DNA of 62,678 nt, the filler included, from Phoronis australis (Eukaryota > Animalia > Phoronida): assembly GCA_002633005.1 (NCBI GenBank). It is 6 parts of 6 records of this genome, joined end to end, with 100 filler letters (N's around TTAATTAATTAA, not from the genome) between each part and the next. Parts side by side here need not be neighbours in the genome. Positions count along the whole stretch, not along the records: positions 57,935 to 62,678 come from NMRA01002501.1; 5 more parts are not named here. One strand, 5' to 3'. A model generated the notes under the pieces. That model was not told where the DNA came from, made no database searches, and worked only from the letters and a program-made list of their open reading frames with translations. Position numbers and translations under genes: made by a program. Position 1 is the stretch's first letter. Each line of letters opens with the position of its first letter. Shown here one piece after another: positions 61,937-62,678 of this stretch.

Positions 61937-62678
61937 ACGTAATATCCCTGCTGTTCTACCCAGTTGCAATCTATCTCGTCTTCTCCATTCAAACAGTCGC
62001 GTGACTTGTCACAAATGCTACTAACGGAGATACAGGTTCCGTCGCCGCACCTCATTTGGGACCAACTTGGACACTCTTCTGTCGGAAGCGCAGTCGGCTT
62101 TCTACATAGAACATTCAGCAACCGTGGAGGCTCGGCATCGTCCATCAACGTGTCATTACACTGAAATCTCGTTATACCCCAGTGGTGAATTTCGTCTTTA
62201 CCGTTCAGTCGTGAAAGAAGCGATCTCCAAATTTCATCGACATTAGTGACTGACGTGTTAGATATTATTAAACAGTTGGAACTAGATGTTCCGTTAACAC
62301 GTATAGCGCCGAATTCGGGCTTGTGTTTCCACAGTTGCAGAAGATACCGAATGTCATTTATATTATCTTGGCTGACCACAGCGATGGAAGCGTTGTCTAT
62401 AGCCTGGCACATAGCTACGGCTTTCCAGAACCCCAACTTTGCATTAACATCAGTTAAGCTAGTAAGGAGGCGATAGCAAGAATCATTCGCGAACGTCCAA
62501 TCCTGCGAACATTGTGGTTTCCTGACGAATCTCGACAGCGCCGCCACTGACGACAGCTTGTTGCGACTGGTACTTGTTGTCTGTTTACATATGGCTCTCG
62601 TGTGACGAAAACCGTAATTACAAGGGATCCTAAACCAACTGCCCCCAACATAAGGATTACGCACAATCATCAATGTGC
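61937..62678 (-). CDS. Large exon of a C-type lectin + LDL-receptor class A mosaic protein (GRL101-like receptor possible)
   Basis: End of one CTLD (WFRIPC...AIC), a second CTLD (CSQDWTFANDSCY...FWKAVAMC...VLC), then LDLa CPSWSQMRCGDGTCISVSSICDKSRDCLNGEDEIDC; donor GT|GTAAGT; open to the window edge. Confidence 0.88.

Overview
This is animal genomic DNA, not prokaryotic. It is AT-rich and repeat-rich with GT-AG introns, most likely from a marine invertebrate (lineage is my inference). It comprises six contigs joined by five identical 100-bp artificial linkers (44 N + TTAATTAATTAA + 44 N), so adjacency across linkers is unreliable. Most ORFs in the track are spurious. Spliced genes reconstructed by hand: (1) a minus-strand CABIT-domain-like (Themis/GAREM-type) gene at ~1.5-12.5 kb, whose best phase-compatible third exon carries two stops; (2) the first coding exon of a cGAS-like receptor (Mab-21 nucleotidyltransferase) at 23.0-23.6 kb, with a promoter-like motif cluster; (3) three exons of a large Ig/FN3-like repeat protein at 25.5-30.8 kb; (4) four phase-consistent exons of an ANF-receptor/receptor guanylyl cyclase-like ectodomain at 49.5-54.2 kb; (5) a C-type lectin + LDLa exon at the window end. 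The rest is transposon debris: two LINE remnants, a THAP-bearing ISL2EU-like element, a foldback MITE with an 8-bp TSD, a RAG1/Transib-like transposase fossil, nested Helentron-like (HINE) elements, a hAT derivative, and mini/microsatellites. I cannot support a complete novel multi-gene system. The best leads are the cGLR with its same-contig neighbours, the Cys-less receptor ectodomain, and several unusual transposon junctions.
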